Source: Podospora anserina
Lineage: Eukaryota
Direction: 5' to 3'
Assembly: GCA_017654855.1 (NCBI GenBank)
Contig: CM030334.1
Span: forward strand, 124,001 to 188,000
Length of the DNA stretch: 64,000 bases
The notes under the pieces are model-generated. The model saw only the letters and a program-made list of their open reading frames with translations, was not told the DNA's origin and ran no database searches. Positions 25,206-37,163 of the stretch are shown one piece after another. The translations under genes and the position numbers were made by a program. Position 1 is the first letter of the stretch; every line of letters starts with the position of its first letter.

Positions 25206-26241
25206 TACACCCTGCAGGAGCTGATCGGAAAGGGGCTCATTCGGGAGAGTCTACAATGCAACCGGCTCGACTTCCACCAACGGGAACAAGCTGGTAACCA
25301 TCAAAATCATCAACATCCACCGCGCAGATCTGAACATGAGCCAGCATCACCCCGACGGGACTTTTGGCGCAAAGTGCAGCTGTGCGATTTTGGAGTTGCG
25401 GGCTTGGTCAAGGAGCGAGCTGACAAGAGGAAGACGGTGACTGGGACGCTTCAGTGGATGGCACCTGAGCTGTTTGACAAGACGGTGGAGTATGGCAAAG
25501 TCCACAGAGGCACAGGTACATCCTTGGGACTGAAACAGCAGCCCTACCAGTGTTCTGTCGGGTCTTGTCGCGAGCTTCCAAGAGTGAAAGGCCCAGGGAG
25601 GAGACCAAAAGTCGCTGCTTTCCTCTGCCGGTGCAGAAGCCTTTCTTGGCTGTCTAGATCGGAGCCAGCAGGACCATCTACCGCGCGACTTCCAATCCCG
25701 ACCTCAGAAGCTCTTCCCTGACCGAGGACGAAGACGATGAAGGTACCTACCATCTGCAAGCTATCACCCGACAAAGCCACTTTCACGGGAGGGACCTCCC
25801 AAGACGAGGGAACCATCACTTTGCATCCCCACTGAGCAGCCCAAGGCGTTCTGCGATGCACAAGAGGTGGTGGTGCCCGAGGAACAGCTGATATATCACT
25901 CTAAGCCGCGAGAGCCGAGTTTATGTTTACCGACACTGGGGATTACCATGGACAGCAGCGCGGGAACCCGGATGAACAGTCCTACGATACCGCAGATTGT
26001 TGTTGATGAAGGTGGTGAGGGATCTCCAAAAAGATCCAGGGAGTGAGGCAAGAGAACACCGCCTGCACTGCCGAGGCCTCCAGCGGAGGAGGTGTTGTTG
26101 GCGAATGGGGAGAGGGATGCATTGCGGGACACAATGGAGAGATTGTGTTGGATCTCAGGTATGTTCGAGCATTTGGAGTTTACGGAGGCGGTGATGGGGG
26201 GATTGTTACCGCTTGGGAAGCGGGGCGCGCAAGGGAGGTGA
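25206..26241 (+). pseudogene. Decayed Ste20/GCK-family (Nak1/Kic1/POD-6-like) Ser/Thr kinase
   Basis: YTLQELIGKG/SFGRVY (frameshift in the G run), then LVTIKIINI, then directly VQLCDFGVAG...TVTGTLQWMAPELF with subdomains III-VI absent. A C-terminal-like remnant PPALPRPPAEEVLL...LRDTMERL ends at TGA 26241. Confidence 0.8.
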
Positions 26242-26385
26242 TGCTATAGGTAATAAAGGGACAGATGCTTCATAGGCGTATCAAAAGACCCGAGTGCGAA
26301 GAAGCCATCAATGCATTGACCGTCTACCTCTACATCTCACTTCCCGAAAAAAACAACAAATTATCCCCCCATCAACCTCCCCCTC

Positions 26386-27039
26386 TCACATCATTCCAAA
26401 AGCACAAGCAACAGCCGCCACCCCAGCCAACACCGCCGCCCCCCTTATGCTGACCCCCGGAGCAGCACTCTTACACTTGGACAGATCCGTAGCCTTGGCC
26501 AAGAACTTGACCTCGGCCGAGTTGGCCCCCGCCAACGCCAGCGAGGGCGTAGCAGCCAAACAATCTCCAACATCAAGAATGCTCTCCAAATTCTCAGGAC
26601 GAGCAAAGTAATTGTCCAACGCGGTCTCATAAGCAGCCGCAGCTGACGACACCGTGGCAGGGACGAAGCGCACGAGGGCACAGGCGTCGCCTTTGGAGAT
26701 GACAGAGTTGAGGTAGGTAGAGTACGCGCCTGTCGGGGTGGGAAAGGCTGAGTAGAAGGAGGTGACGAGGGCTCCGCAGGTGGCGCCACCAGAGGTCGTG
26801 GTTGAGAGGGTGGTACCCGGTGGTGTGGTGGTGATGATGGTGATGGTTTCGGGGGTGCCGTCGCTGACGACGGCTTGGGACTCTGTGAAGATGGTGCCGG
26901 AGGGTTCGGGCTGGCTGTTGTCAGGGATGGGGGTGGTGGATGGGGCGGGGTTTTCGTCCTGGGCTTGACGAAGAATGACTTCGTTGGCTATGGCGCTGGC
27001 GGCCAGAGTGGCGGTGAGAAGAAGGTTCTTGGACTGCAT
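26386..27039 (-). CDS. Secreted Ser/Thr-rich, probably GPI-anchored cell-surface protein
   Basis: Signal peptide MQSKNLLLTATLAASAIA; S/T/P-rich stalk; Cys-containing domain; hydrophobic GPI-like tail SAAPGVSIRGAAVLAGVAAVACAFGMM; TATA-like sequence at ~27190. Confidence 0.8.
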   Translation of the reverse strand: MQSKNLLLTATLAASAIANEVILRQAQDENPAPSTTPIPDNSQPEPSGTIFTESQAVVSDGTPETITIITTTPPGTTLSTTTSGGATCGALVTSFYSAFPTPTGAYSTYLNSVISKGDACALVRFVPATVSSAAAAYETALDNYFARPENLESILDVGDCLAATPSLALAGANSAEVKFLAKATDLSKCKSAAPGVSIRGAAVLAGVAAVACAFGMM

Positions 27040-27985
27040 CTTGATGATAAGGTAGGTGGGAAGTACCAGGTGTAATAGGTATTTGTCTAAGACTGTGGGT
27101 GCCAAATAGGTGAGGTGAAGGGTGCGAGATATTAGAGGTGATGTGAAGCTGGTGCTGTGAAGAAAGAAATCATGACGGTAGGGTGTCCTTATATACCTTA
27201 TCTTGCAAAACACCTGTGTTTTCATCATGAACAAAGCATTATGATACCTATTTTGAGTTATGGCTCACCTCATCCTCACCTTTCCAAAGATCATATAATG
27301 CTCTCCAAATCTGGCATTCCTGCCTCTTCAAAACATCTTCGTAACAGCCTCACTAGGTATTGGCTTAGTTGCGGCTGAATCGTGTCTGATTGGAATCCCC
27401 TGAACCAAGCAATCTCATTCCGTCAGCATCAGCTGGCTTTGCCCCAACGCCTCGTCTCATGTTTCTTTGGCATAAATCCGTGTGGAAGGGTAGTTGCTGT
27501 TACTCATTCTTTTTTTCTATCTGCCGTTGGGGGCGGGCAAGGAAATAGGAAGAGATGAGGGTGCGAGTGCAAAATCAAATACTATCTACCTTGACTGTAT
27601 CCTACAGCTTCGTCAAAGGCCTCCTCCAAAATCTTGGGCTGGCCTTGATTTTCTCGAAATTTTGAGATATTGGTGAGTAGCTTCGCAGCCAGGTAAGAAT
27701 GGATACAACCATTGAGTCAACCGTTGGAATAAGTCTGGGAGACCAGGATCTCTTTGACGTGGTTGACTAGCTCGTGGGTGGATGTGGCACAGGGTCAGAC
27801 CTGAGCTTATGAAGCAGCTAAATTTGAACGATCCTGCTGACTGAGGCCGTTCTTTCAGCCCTGGGGTTCTCCCAAGTAAACATTGCCGAGACCCCAAGTA
27901 AGCCTCTCAAAGAATCACCTGCAGTACACATTAGTGACAATTTTCAGCCAGTTTGATGGACAGGTTTGTCTCTTGTCAGGGAAAC

Positions 27986-28046
27986 CCTAACCCTACCATT
28001 TGGCTCGACCCCTTGACTCCCCCTGAACCCCTGAATCCCGTTTTTG
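27986..28046 (+). repeat. Short dispersed element, copy B
   Basis: CCTAACCCTAC...CCCCCTGAACCCCTGAATCCCGTTTTTG matches the reverse complement of 7599-7646. Confidence 0.6.
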
Positions 28047-28360
28047 GAATCTCTACCGGGAATATTGGTAATTGAACCGAGCCATTAAGTTAGAGATAGC
28101 TTGGGTAAAGTTGATTTAGTGTCTTATTTGTTGTGGCATTGGCTGCACTCTTCTGGAGCCGTTGTCATGCTTAGCTACCTACATGTACCCTAGCCCAGGT
28201 GTTCCAAATCATTTCCAACCCCCAACTTACTGTGACCGCAGCTTCAACCACCCCTCACACATCGCGTGCCGTGGAACTCTGTATCACCCATCACGGGACG
28301 AACCACAGGAAACAGAAACACAACTGATCCGAGATTCCCCGCTCTGTCTCTGTCGAAGTC

Positions 28361-30129
28361 ATGGGGTTTCATGTTCCCGATTTCCTTCGACCATGGCGGG
28401 CCACGCGTCATGCAGATGAGCTTCAAGTTGGACGCGAAGGGCTCGAACCCCTGCTGGCTTGTTCACTCTCCAACGAGCCTTATTTACCTCGTTTCAGTGA
28501 AAGCAGCGAAGGGATAATGAGAAATATCGACCGTGATGCGAATGCCGTGGTGACAGCTGCCGAGGTATGGTCCACTCTCCTTCTCTCAGTTCTCGTCATC
28601 TACCTTCCCTTACCTCTCTGACACCGCCCAGAGCCGCGCCGTCCGCCGTAAAATAGACCTCATCATCCTCCCCCTTCTCATCTGGGTGTATTTCCTCCAA
28701 ATTCTCGACAAGACCGTCCTGGGCTTCAGCGCCATCTTTGGCCTGCCCGAGGACCTTGACCTGCGCGGCAACCAGTACTCTCTCGTTGGCGCCATCGCTC
28801 CGATTGCCCAGCTGGTCATCCAGCCTGTCTCCTCATGGCTTATCGTAAGGGTGCCGCACCGGGTGCTGATGCCAGCCTTGGTTTTGGGATGGGGTCTGGC
28901 GCAGACTGCCACTCCGTTTTGCAGGGACTTTGCCCAACTCATGACTGCGAGGTTCTTTTTGGGGGTGTTTGAGGGGGGGTGTTTACCGCTGTTTAGTGTT
29001 ATTACTGGGCATTGGTACACGAGGGGGGAGCAGCCTTTGAGAGTGGCGGCCTGGTATGGGACCAATGGGTTGGGGACCGTGTTTGCAGCTTTGTTGTCTT
29101 TCGGACTAGGGAGGGTCGGGGAGGGACATGGTGGACTTAGAGGGTGGCAATGGTGCGTTTTCAACCCTTCAGGAACCCAAGCCATTGGATCGCTGACCCT
29201 GATTCGCGGACATGCGCAGGATCTTCTTGTCCACCGGAATACTCACAGTCATTACCGTCCCTTTTGTTTACCTCAGACTGGACAACGACATTCACTCTGC
29301 TCGGTTCCTAACCGAGTCTCAAAAGATTGGGGCGCTGGAAAGAGTAAGAGGCAACCAAACAGGCTCATCCTCCACAAAAGAAAACTGGAAATGGAAGCAA
29401 ATACGAGAAGTCTTGTTAGACATCAAAACTTGGTTATTCTTGGGAATGGCACTGGGAAACAACCTCGGGGCTCAGGTCACCGTCACGTTTGGTCCCCTCA
29501 TCCTCTCCGGGCTTGGCTACGATAAATACACCACCACTCTCCTCAACATCCCATTTGGCGTCATGCAATATTTCGTCATCATGTTCACGGCCTGGGGGGC
29601 AGTGAGGCTGAGACTTAAAGCCCCGACCTTGTGCGCCATGATCCTCATCATCCTGGCTGGGCTGACGACTCTGCACACTCTTCCTCGCAGTCAGAATCAA
29701 ACAGGAGGCCTTTTGGCAGGATTCTACTGTCTTGCTTTCATCTTTGGCTGCAACACGCTGGTTGTATCGTGGATACTGGCCAACACAGCAGGTCAGACTA
29801 AGCGAGCAGCCGTGATGTCCTTGTACAATGCTGCGTCTTCGACCGGAAATATCGTCGGACCATTGCTGTTTCAGACTCAAGATGCGCCGGCTTACCTGCC
29901 TGGTTTGCGAACCACGATGGGGGTGTTTGCTGCCATGCTTGTCATTGTTTTGGTTCAGGTTGGGGTTTTGGCTGGACTCAACAAGAGGCAGGAAAGGATA
30001 CGAGTGGGAAGAGGAAAGCCGGCGCGGGTAGGGGACGTGAGCGTGGCAAGATCCGATGCAAGAGTGGGAGAAAGAGCATTTGATGACTTGACTGATCTGG
30101 AGAACGACGAGTTTGTGTATCTTTACTAG
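28361..30129 (+). CDS. MFS transporter, allantoate permease (Dal5/ACS)-like; introns 28565-28631, 29153-29219; alternative start 28517
   Basis: RRKIDLIILP...YFLQILDK; WYTRGEQPLRVAAWYGTNG; NTAGQTKR; C-terminal AFDDLTDLENDEFVYLY. Confidence 0.9.
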
Positions 30130-30235
30130 AACAACAGCACGGGAGAGCGGAGGAATGGAGAAGACATTGGCATTAGACATCAACTACACACACTGGATTC
30201 GTCTCCCATACCAATCTACATAATCTCGATCTGCG

Positions 30236-31549
30236 CTAGAGGTAAAAGTAGCAGAACTCCCCGCCAGTGGTGGACATGACGTTGGCAATGGTGGTCGACG
30301 GGGCAGCATAGCCCATGTCAAGGACCTCGGTCAGGGGAGTCAAGGGGGAAGGAGGCTCGTTGGCCCAGCTCTGGTGGGCATAAGGACCAGAACCCAGGTC
30401 GGTGTAGCGGGTGGTGCTGAAGGGAGAGCCCAGGGCCTGCCACACGGCCCACATGCGATCCATCTGTCCGTGATGCACCCAGAAGGCGGGGTCGCCAGGG
30501 GAGGTGAAGAGATCACCGCCAGGATCACCACCGATGTTATAGTGCATGCCTCCGTGGGGGCCGATCTCGGGGGTGTAGGGGACACCTTCGGAGACGTGGC
30601 GGAAGGCATCAATGTTGGGCTGAGAGAGGAGGGTGAGGACGGTGGTCCAATTGGCGTAGCGCTGGTTCATAGCCGGGCCAATGTCTCTCTTGAGACCGCG
30701 CGGGTTGTAACCAAGACCACCGAGAGGACCAGCAGGCACTCCCTCCAGACCACCGACGGGTCCCAAGTTGATGGTCATGTTGGCGAAGGGGCCAGTCGTG
30801 ACATAGCCGCCTCCGAGGCCGGCGGGAAGCTGGATGTTGCCGCCGCCGACGCCGGGAGGAGGCACGATGACGGGGCCCTCATGAGGGATGTACTCCCCGT
30901 TGCCGCCGAGACTGTAAGGGTCGCCGTTGAAGAGGGGGGAGTCTTGAGGGGCCGACGAGTACTTGGGCCAGTCCCAGTAGGGCTGAGACCCGTTGTAGCC
31001 GCACTCCTCACGGAGGGCCTTCTCGTACTGGTAGACGTACCACCGATGCCATGGCTGGAAGTTGCCGCTGAAGTGGATGTTGAGGGTTTGCTGGATATGG
31101 GTCACGATAAAGTCATCGAACCGAGACCTTGCTCCCGGCGCGACACTGGCAGGTGTGAGAGGGGGAAGGGTCTGGAGACACTTGACAGCGTTGACGTAGG
31201 CGAGACGCTCAGAGGTCGAGAGAGAGCCACTGGTTGTCTGGTCAGTGGTCCGGGGAAAGATCTTGAATGGTAGGAACTGGGGATGATGAAGATCGACTTA
31301 CTACTCCCGACGAAACCGCAATTTGTCAACTGTGCAAGATGGCGTGAGCCCGCGCTTGCGCATCTTGCGCTCATTGAGGGCGACCTGGTTGATGACTTTC
31401 GCCTTGGCTTCCTCAAGCAGCGAAGTGATCTGCGATGGCTCCTCAGACGCGAGGTCCTCGACCGGGGTGTCTCTGGCCTGTGGGACGACATGCCCCTGAA
31501 CGGAGACAGCTGCCAGGAGGACAGATCCGAGAATGCTGGCGGCCTTCAT
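30236..31549 (-). CDS. Secreted short tyrosinase-like type-3 di-copper protein; intron 31230-31301
   Basis: Signal peptide MKAASILGSVLLAAVSVQG; CuA THIQQTLNIHFSGNFQPWHRW; PYWDW; CuB PHGGMH...SPGDPAFWVHHGQMDR; ends FCYFYL. Confidence 0.92.
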
Positions 31550-33436
31550 GTTTGGCTGATGAGTGATGAGGAAAGGATGGGCGTTCGTCAAGGGGGAAAT
31601 TGGAGCGCTGCCACGTTTTCGCGCTGGGTGAAGAAGGGGGAGGGCGTGATCATAAATACCACCGGTGGAGGGAAGACATGAGGTTGGCCCGATATGGCAT
31701 GCTCGGGGTCGAACCCAAAGAGTGGTTCAAGTGTTCAATAGAACCAAATGCCGAGTGAAGGCTACTGCATAGCATTCTGTATCCTACATAGTATCGTCGA
31801 AGTGGTCCATTATCCCACTGTGCCCCTTCATGATGCCTGACCTCACGATTCCCTGCCCGTGGTCCTGGATTCAGCCACCAGCCAATGGGCACCAGCGAAG
31901 TTGCATTTTCGCTGGGATTAGACAGACAAGGCCAGGGTGGAAATTCCCAAATCCCAGGGATCCATTCCACTTTGAACCCTTGTTGATCCCCGACCGTGGG
32001 TCTTTTCAACCAAAGAAGAAGGCAGGGAAGGAAAGCAAGGACTTCAAGTTGCCAGCAGGTGGTGAAGAGTCGATGCAGAGTGTAATAAAACAACATGAGG
32101 CGAGGCCTGACAGATGCCAGGGCTTCTCTTTCATGGTAGGACCCGAGACTGGTATTCCATTTCAAGACTCCTTCCAGATGCGCATGACGATCCAAACTGG
32201 CGGGGAGAAGGACGGAACAGCAGGGGCGGCAGTCGTTGCCCGTGTCTGCACTACCTACTGCAGGCTCTTATTCCCGTCACACACACTAGTGTACCTATGG
32301 ATTGCCACTCCACCCAAGACCCGGTACTGGGGTCCGGTCCAATCAGGCACACAATTGCAACGACCATGATTCATTCAAAACTCCATCCAGCGGACGACGA
32401 TGTCACCGGAAAGGGGCGACCGGGTGGGGAGGTGAGAGTCAAGACGGAGAGTCCCTAGCTCAACCGTAATTCGTTGGGCTGAGAAGGGTCTTGGGGGTGT
32501 GTTGCAATCTTCTGATACGATGCTTGACCGCGACCAAAACCTGCATTGCTTGCGAGCCAGAGGGACTCGAGCAATCCGGCCTTCATGAGGTTGGGAATTG
32601 CAGCTCCCACAGGTGCTGTGGTGATGGGAATAACGAGAGTCAACATTGCCCCTGACACCCCGGTACCTAGATGACCTCCGTCAGTACAAACTGTCGGTGT
32701 GCAGAAGGACCTTGCAGATCATATGCCGGCATCCAATTGTACGTTACCTAAGAAACAAACGAGGTTGCAGCCAAACGAGCGTTGAGCCAGGTCTCTGGAG
32801 TGGACCCTGGATCGTCAGTCTCGTTTATATCATCCGGTTCAGGAATGAGAGAGGCAGAAGAAAAGAATAAACCTGGTCACCGGGTCCATCTTGGCACTTC
32901 AAGCAAAGACGAAGGATTGAAAGTTCTGCAAATTCCTCTATGGTGTATGTAATAGGATCCCTTTGTGATAAGTTTGAATGTCGTGTTTGGCCCGGGTGCT
33001 GTTCCGGTGTCCCGACTTTCACATGAGGGATGGATGTCTTGTCAAATCTCTTCTCATTGAAACAACACACAGGTTCTACCTTGACCAAATCAAGCATGTG
33101 GTTATGTCTGGATGCCTACTTTAGGCGCATGGCGACAGGCATTGCCTCGGAGATGCTGCTGAAGATGACGACGGGGGAGGAAATGATTGACAACGGGGAC
33201 GATGCCCAACAGACCATGTCGATAATAAAGTTTCTCGTTTCTTTTGCCTGACGACGTTCATGCTGTCTCAGATCATCTTGCTTGTTCTTATTCCCTGTCA
33301 AGCCAGGTTTGTGACATCTTAAATATGTACAAAAACCTTCTTTGAACCTTCTTCCCTTTCCCTTGGGGTCCGGACATTGTCGATCGTTTTTCATATCCAT
33401 GTCCACTGAGGGGCCTGTGACTTTTACTTCATCATC

Positions 33437-34799
33437 ATGGCAAGCAGCAACGGCGTCTCGCTCCCTCCCGACGAGAATAGGGGTCCCGAGATCCTCGCTA
33501 TTTGCGGTACGCTGGTGGCTCTCTCTGTGCTCATTGTAGGCTTGAGGATATGGGTCCGGGCTGGCATGATCGGGCAGGTCGGTATCGACGACTGGACCAT
33601 CATCGCTGCCACGGTATGTGTTTCTCCCCAGCGATGTCGACCTGCGGTCTTACCTAACCCTGACACCAGACGGTCATTTTTGTGGAGATGATGATCATCA
33701 TCCCGCAGGTTCACTATGGAGCAGGACGACACGTCCAGTACATCGAGCCCCCTTCCAACGTCACGAAGGGCCTTCATCTCAACTTTGTCACCCAGCCGCT
33801 ATGCCTCATTGCTCTTTGCCTGACCAAGGTAAGCGTGGGCTTCTTCCTGCTCCGCTTAACTCCATCCAAGAGGTTCCGAAGATTCGTGATTGGCATGATC
33901 ATCTTTACTGTCCTATCTGCAACCGGAAACTTCTGTATGTCACCTTCCACCTTTCTTCCATTCCTACATACATCGACATGTGAAAGTCCCTACTTACAAT
34001 GTACCTATCAAGTAACTGTCTTCTTCCAATGCCAACCCCTCGCCTTTACCTGGGGGGGTGTCAGCGAAGGGAAATGCATGCCTCCTGATAACCTCAAGTT
34101 TGCCGCCTTCTTCAATTCATCTGTTGCCGTTCTGAGCGATATCATTTTCGCCCTTTTACCGGTCCCCATGTTATGGAAGGTGCAGCTCAACTGGAGAGTC
34201 AAGAGTGCCGTGGCGGCTATCCTGGCCTTGGGTGTTTTCGCTGCTGTTGCTGCCATTGTCAAGATTACCTTCCTGGGGTCTTACGGAAAACACGGAGACT
34301 TCCTATGGGACTCTGCGGACCTTACCATCTGGTATGTACCTACCCCGACGTGGCCATACACGCAGCATATCCTTCTGCTGACCACCTCGTGCACGTCTCC
34401 AGGACAACAATCGAGATCTGCACCGCCATCATCGCCGCCAGCTTCCCATGCCTCAAGCCCCTCTTCAAGACCTTGTTCGACGGCTCTTCAGCCCGCATCA
34501 GCGGCTACGGCTCCGGCTACAAGGGCTACGTCCGCGACACCAACAACGGTACAAAGAGTGGCAACAGAAACACACTCCGGTCAAAGGGCACAGTCACGGT
34601 CACCGCAGGCGGCAACGATACCGAGTTCGAGCTATATGGTGGCAAGAAGTTCTCCACGGATGTCAAGGCTGGCAATGCTTCCAGCACGAGCATGGGTTCT
34701 GAAGCAAGCATTCTCAAGGAAACCACCAAAGGGAACGGCATCACCAAGACAACATCGGTGTGTGTGTCTAGTGTCAGGGACGAGGAGACGGGCAGATGA
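33437..34799 (+). CDS. PTH11-like (fungal rhodopsin-domain) integral membrane protein without CFEM; introns 33614-33669, 33935-34012, 34332-34402
   Basis: GLRIWVR...GIDDWTI; GAGRH; KVSVGFFLLRL; FQCQPLAFTW; DIIFALLPVPMLWKVQL; WTTIEICTAIIAASFPCLKPLF. Confidence 0.9.
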
Positions 34800-36147
34800 G
34801 CGTGGTGTCCCGCCTGGTTGACAACGGAGTATGGGTATCGAAAAGGGTCACCATGCAAAATAGAGATTCAGGACGCTTCTTCCATCACACTCCATGAGAG
34901 CTTGTTTCCTTTGTGGTATTTTTTTTTTTACCTCGGCACCTCACCCAACTATCTACCTAGGCACATAAAAGTAGATGTGGCGACATTACTAGATGCAGCC
35001 AATCATTATCTCAGCCACTACAGGGTGGCATTCCGTCTCTCCACTGATACCTTGAATTGCAGAGACACTTGTACGTCCACCTGACGCAGATTGTGGGTCA
35101 CTTTGGCGCGTCACAGCTATGGGGAAGTTGAAGACGGTGAGGAGGGGATCGAGGTGACTGCTTGTAGGATTGATGGGTTGCGGAAGGACGCACATCATGG
35201 CTTCAAGTGGCTACCCTGGTATGCAGCATGCAATATTGGGGATTGGAGGTGGCGAAGTTGAGGCAGCCAAATCAGCGGAAGGCAAAGCAGGATCAAAGAG
35301 GTAGAACCATTGATCTGTTGCATACATCAATACTTCGGCATCCACGAATAGCATCTATTCAGACAGGCGGGCTATGGGGTAGACCCCTAGTGGAAAGTGA
35401 CAGCAGAGCCTCTGTCTGAATCAGCTTATGCATGAAGCGAAAACATACTTCACCTCATAGGCCCTTTTGTAAATATATCTGCCCTTTCCAGAGGAGACAG
35501 CTACCATATCTACTTGGTCAGCGTGGGGCCCTAGACAAAACGACTAGGCGCACACAATCTCTTTGTTTACTTTTTCTCAGGGGCACTCAGGGGAGATAAG
35601 GGGCGCACAGCCCAGTCCACACTCGTCAACAAACGGCTCAGGCAAAACGTTTCAGGGAAACAAGCAAAATCAAATTTCATAACTAAATCTCAAAAACAAA
35701 AAAAGAGAGAGCATCTTTTTCAAAAGTCCCCCCACAAACCGGATGAGACCAGATCCAAAGACTCAAAGAAGAAACCACTTCCCCACTCATCCGCACGTTA
35801 TCCACCACTCCCTTTCCAATCCCCCTCATCCTCCTCAAGATCCCTCGGCTTCAAATCCCCTCCCCCCCCACCACATCCTCGATAACATTGAAAAGCGGAG
35901 CACAAAAGAAAAGTCTCATCATCATCCCCTTTTCATCCCGCTCCTCTCCGTTCCTTCAGCTGTTGCAGCCCCCCAGAAGATATCCAAGTGTCCTCTCAAT
36001 GAAAAGAAGAAACTTAGCGGCAGAACTGCCAGTTGGTGCGGAAGATGACGTGAATGCTGCCGTCGAAAGCGTCCACCTGTGGAAGAAATGGTCGGCGTTA
36101 ATGGCCCTCGTAATTAGCCCTTCTATTCTTTTTTCTCTAATGCATTC

Positions 36148-36148
36148 A

Positions 36149-36213
<65 letters not shown>
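36148..36213. repeat. Compound microsatellite (ATG)7(GTG)5(ATG)10
   Basis: Read directly from the sequence; lies downstream of the DUF4360 gene stop. Confidence 0.9.
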
Positions 36214-36283
36214 GCAGATTAATATGTGTGTTAGGTAGGTAGGTGAGGAGGATAAGGTGGGTGGGTATCTAGTAAGTGTTGTG

Positions 36284-36314
<31 letters not shown>

Positions 36315-36440
36315 ATTTTTTTTCCCCGGAGCCGCCGAAGGACCTTGTTCTTTTCTTTCTTTCTTTCCCCCTTGGAGATTGGTTATGGTAGAAGAGTGTG
36401 TGTGGGTGATGTGTGGAGAGGTAGTAGTAGGCAGGCCAAC

Positions 36441-37163
36441 TCAGGCGCTTGACGTGGGAACGCAACGGCGCCACTTGAGCGCGAGCTTTTGGGGAGCACT
36501 AACAGTCATGGTTCCGAAGTAGGGGGTCGCAAGAGGAGTAATGCGGATCTCGGAGTTGACGTTGAGGATGGCGGTGGTCTTGCCGCAGGCGGAGAAGGCC
36601 TCGACACCGACGCCGGCGAGCATGTTGTAGTTGTCCTCGTAAGGGGCGACGAGGTTCTTCTGGAAGACAACCTCCTGGCGCGGGTCGCCGGAGAAGGTGT
36701 AGCCGGCGCGGACGGTACCGGTCTGGCCCTGGGCGAGGGAAGCATAACCGGTGAAGCGGGTCTCGATGACGGAGAACCTAGGAGGGGAAAGGCAGCAGGC
36801 GTTAGTATGTTCCGATGCGTGCTCGAGGAGAAGATGTCTCTTGGGTCAAGTAGTAGACTTGACTCACTGGTATCCTGAGGGGAACTGCAGGTTGATGCTG
36901 ATGCGGCAGTTCTTGCGGCTGTCAGTGGCGGGGCTGGTGCCAGGGCCGGCAGAGACAATGTATCTGTCAAAGGCAACATCGAAGATGGTGCCAGTGGCGT
37001 CAACGTTGACAAAGGCGTGGCCAGCAGGGCAGCCAGTACCGATGGCAGTGACGCCGAGGATCTTGATGTCGCTGGCGTCGGGGACCTGAGGAGTGATCAA
37101 GGTCTGGCGCTCAATGACGGCGGCCGAGGCGGCGCCGGCAAGGAAGAGGGCGGAGAAACGCAT
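36441..37163 (-). CDS. Secreted DUF4360-family protein; intron 36778-36867
   Basis: Signal peptide; GTGCPAG; DSRKNCRISINLQFPSGYQFSV...GYASL; SACG...LNVNSEIR; WRRC; TATAAAAG on the minus strand at ~37302-37309. Confidence 0.88.

Noticed and set aside
35956..36474. 172-aa ORF with ~22 His from CAT/CAC repeats
   Set aside because: Non-ATG start inside the DUF4360 3' end. The His run and HTHT come from microsatellites, and a CAT-to-CAC switch needs only one transition plus slippage.
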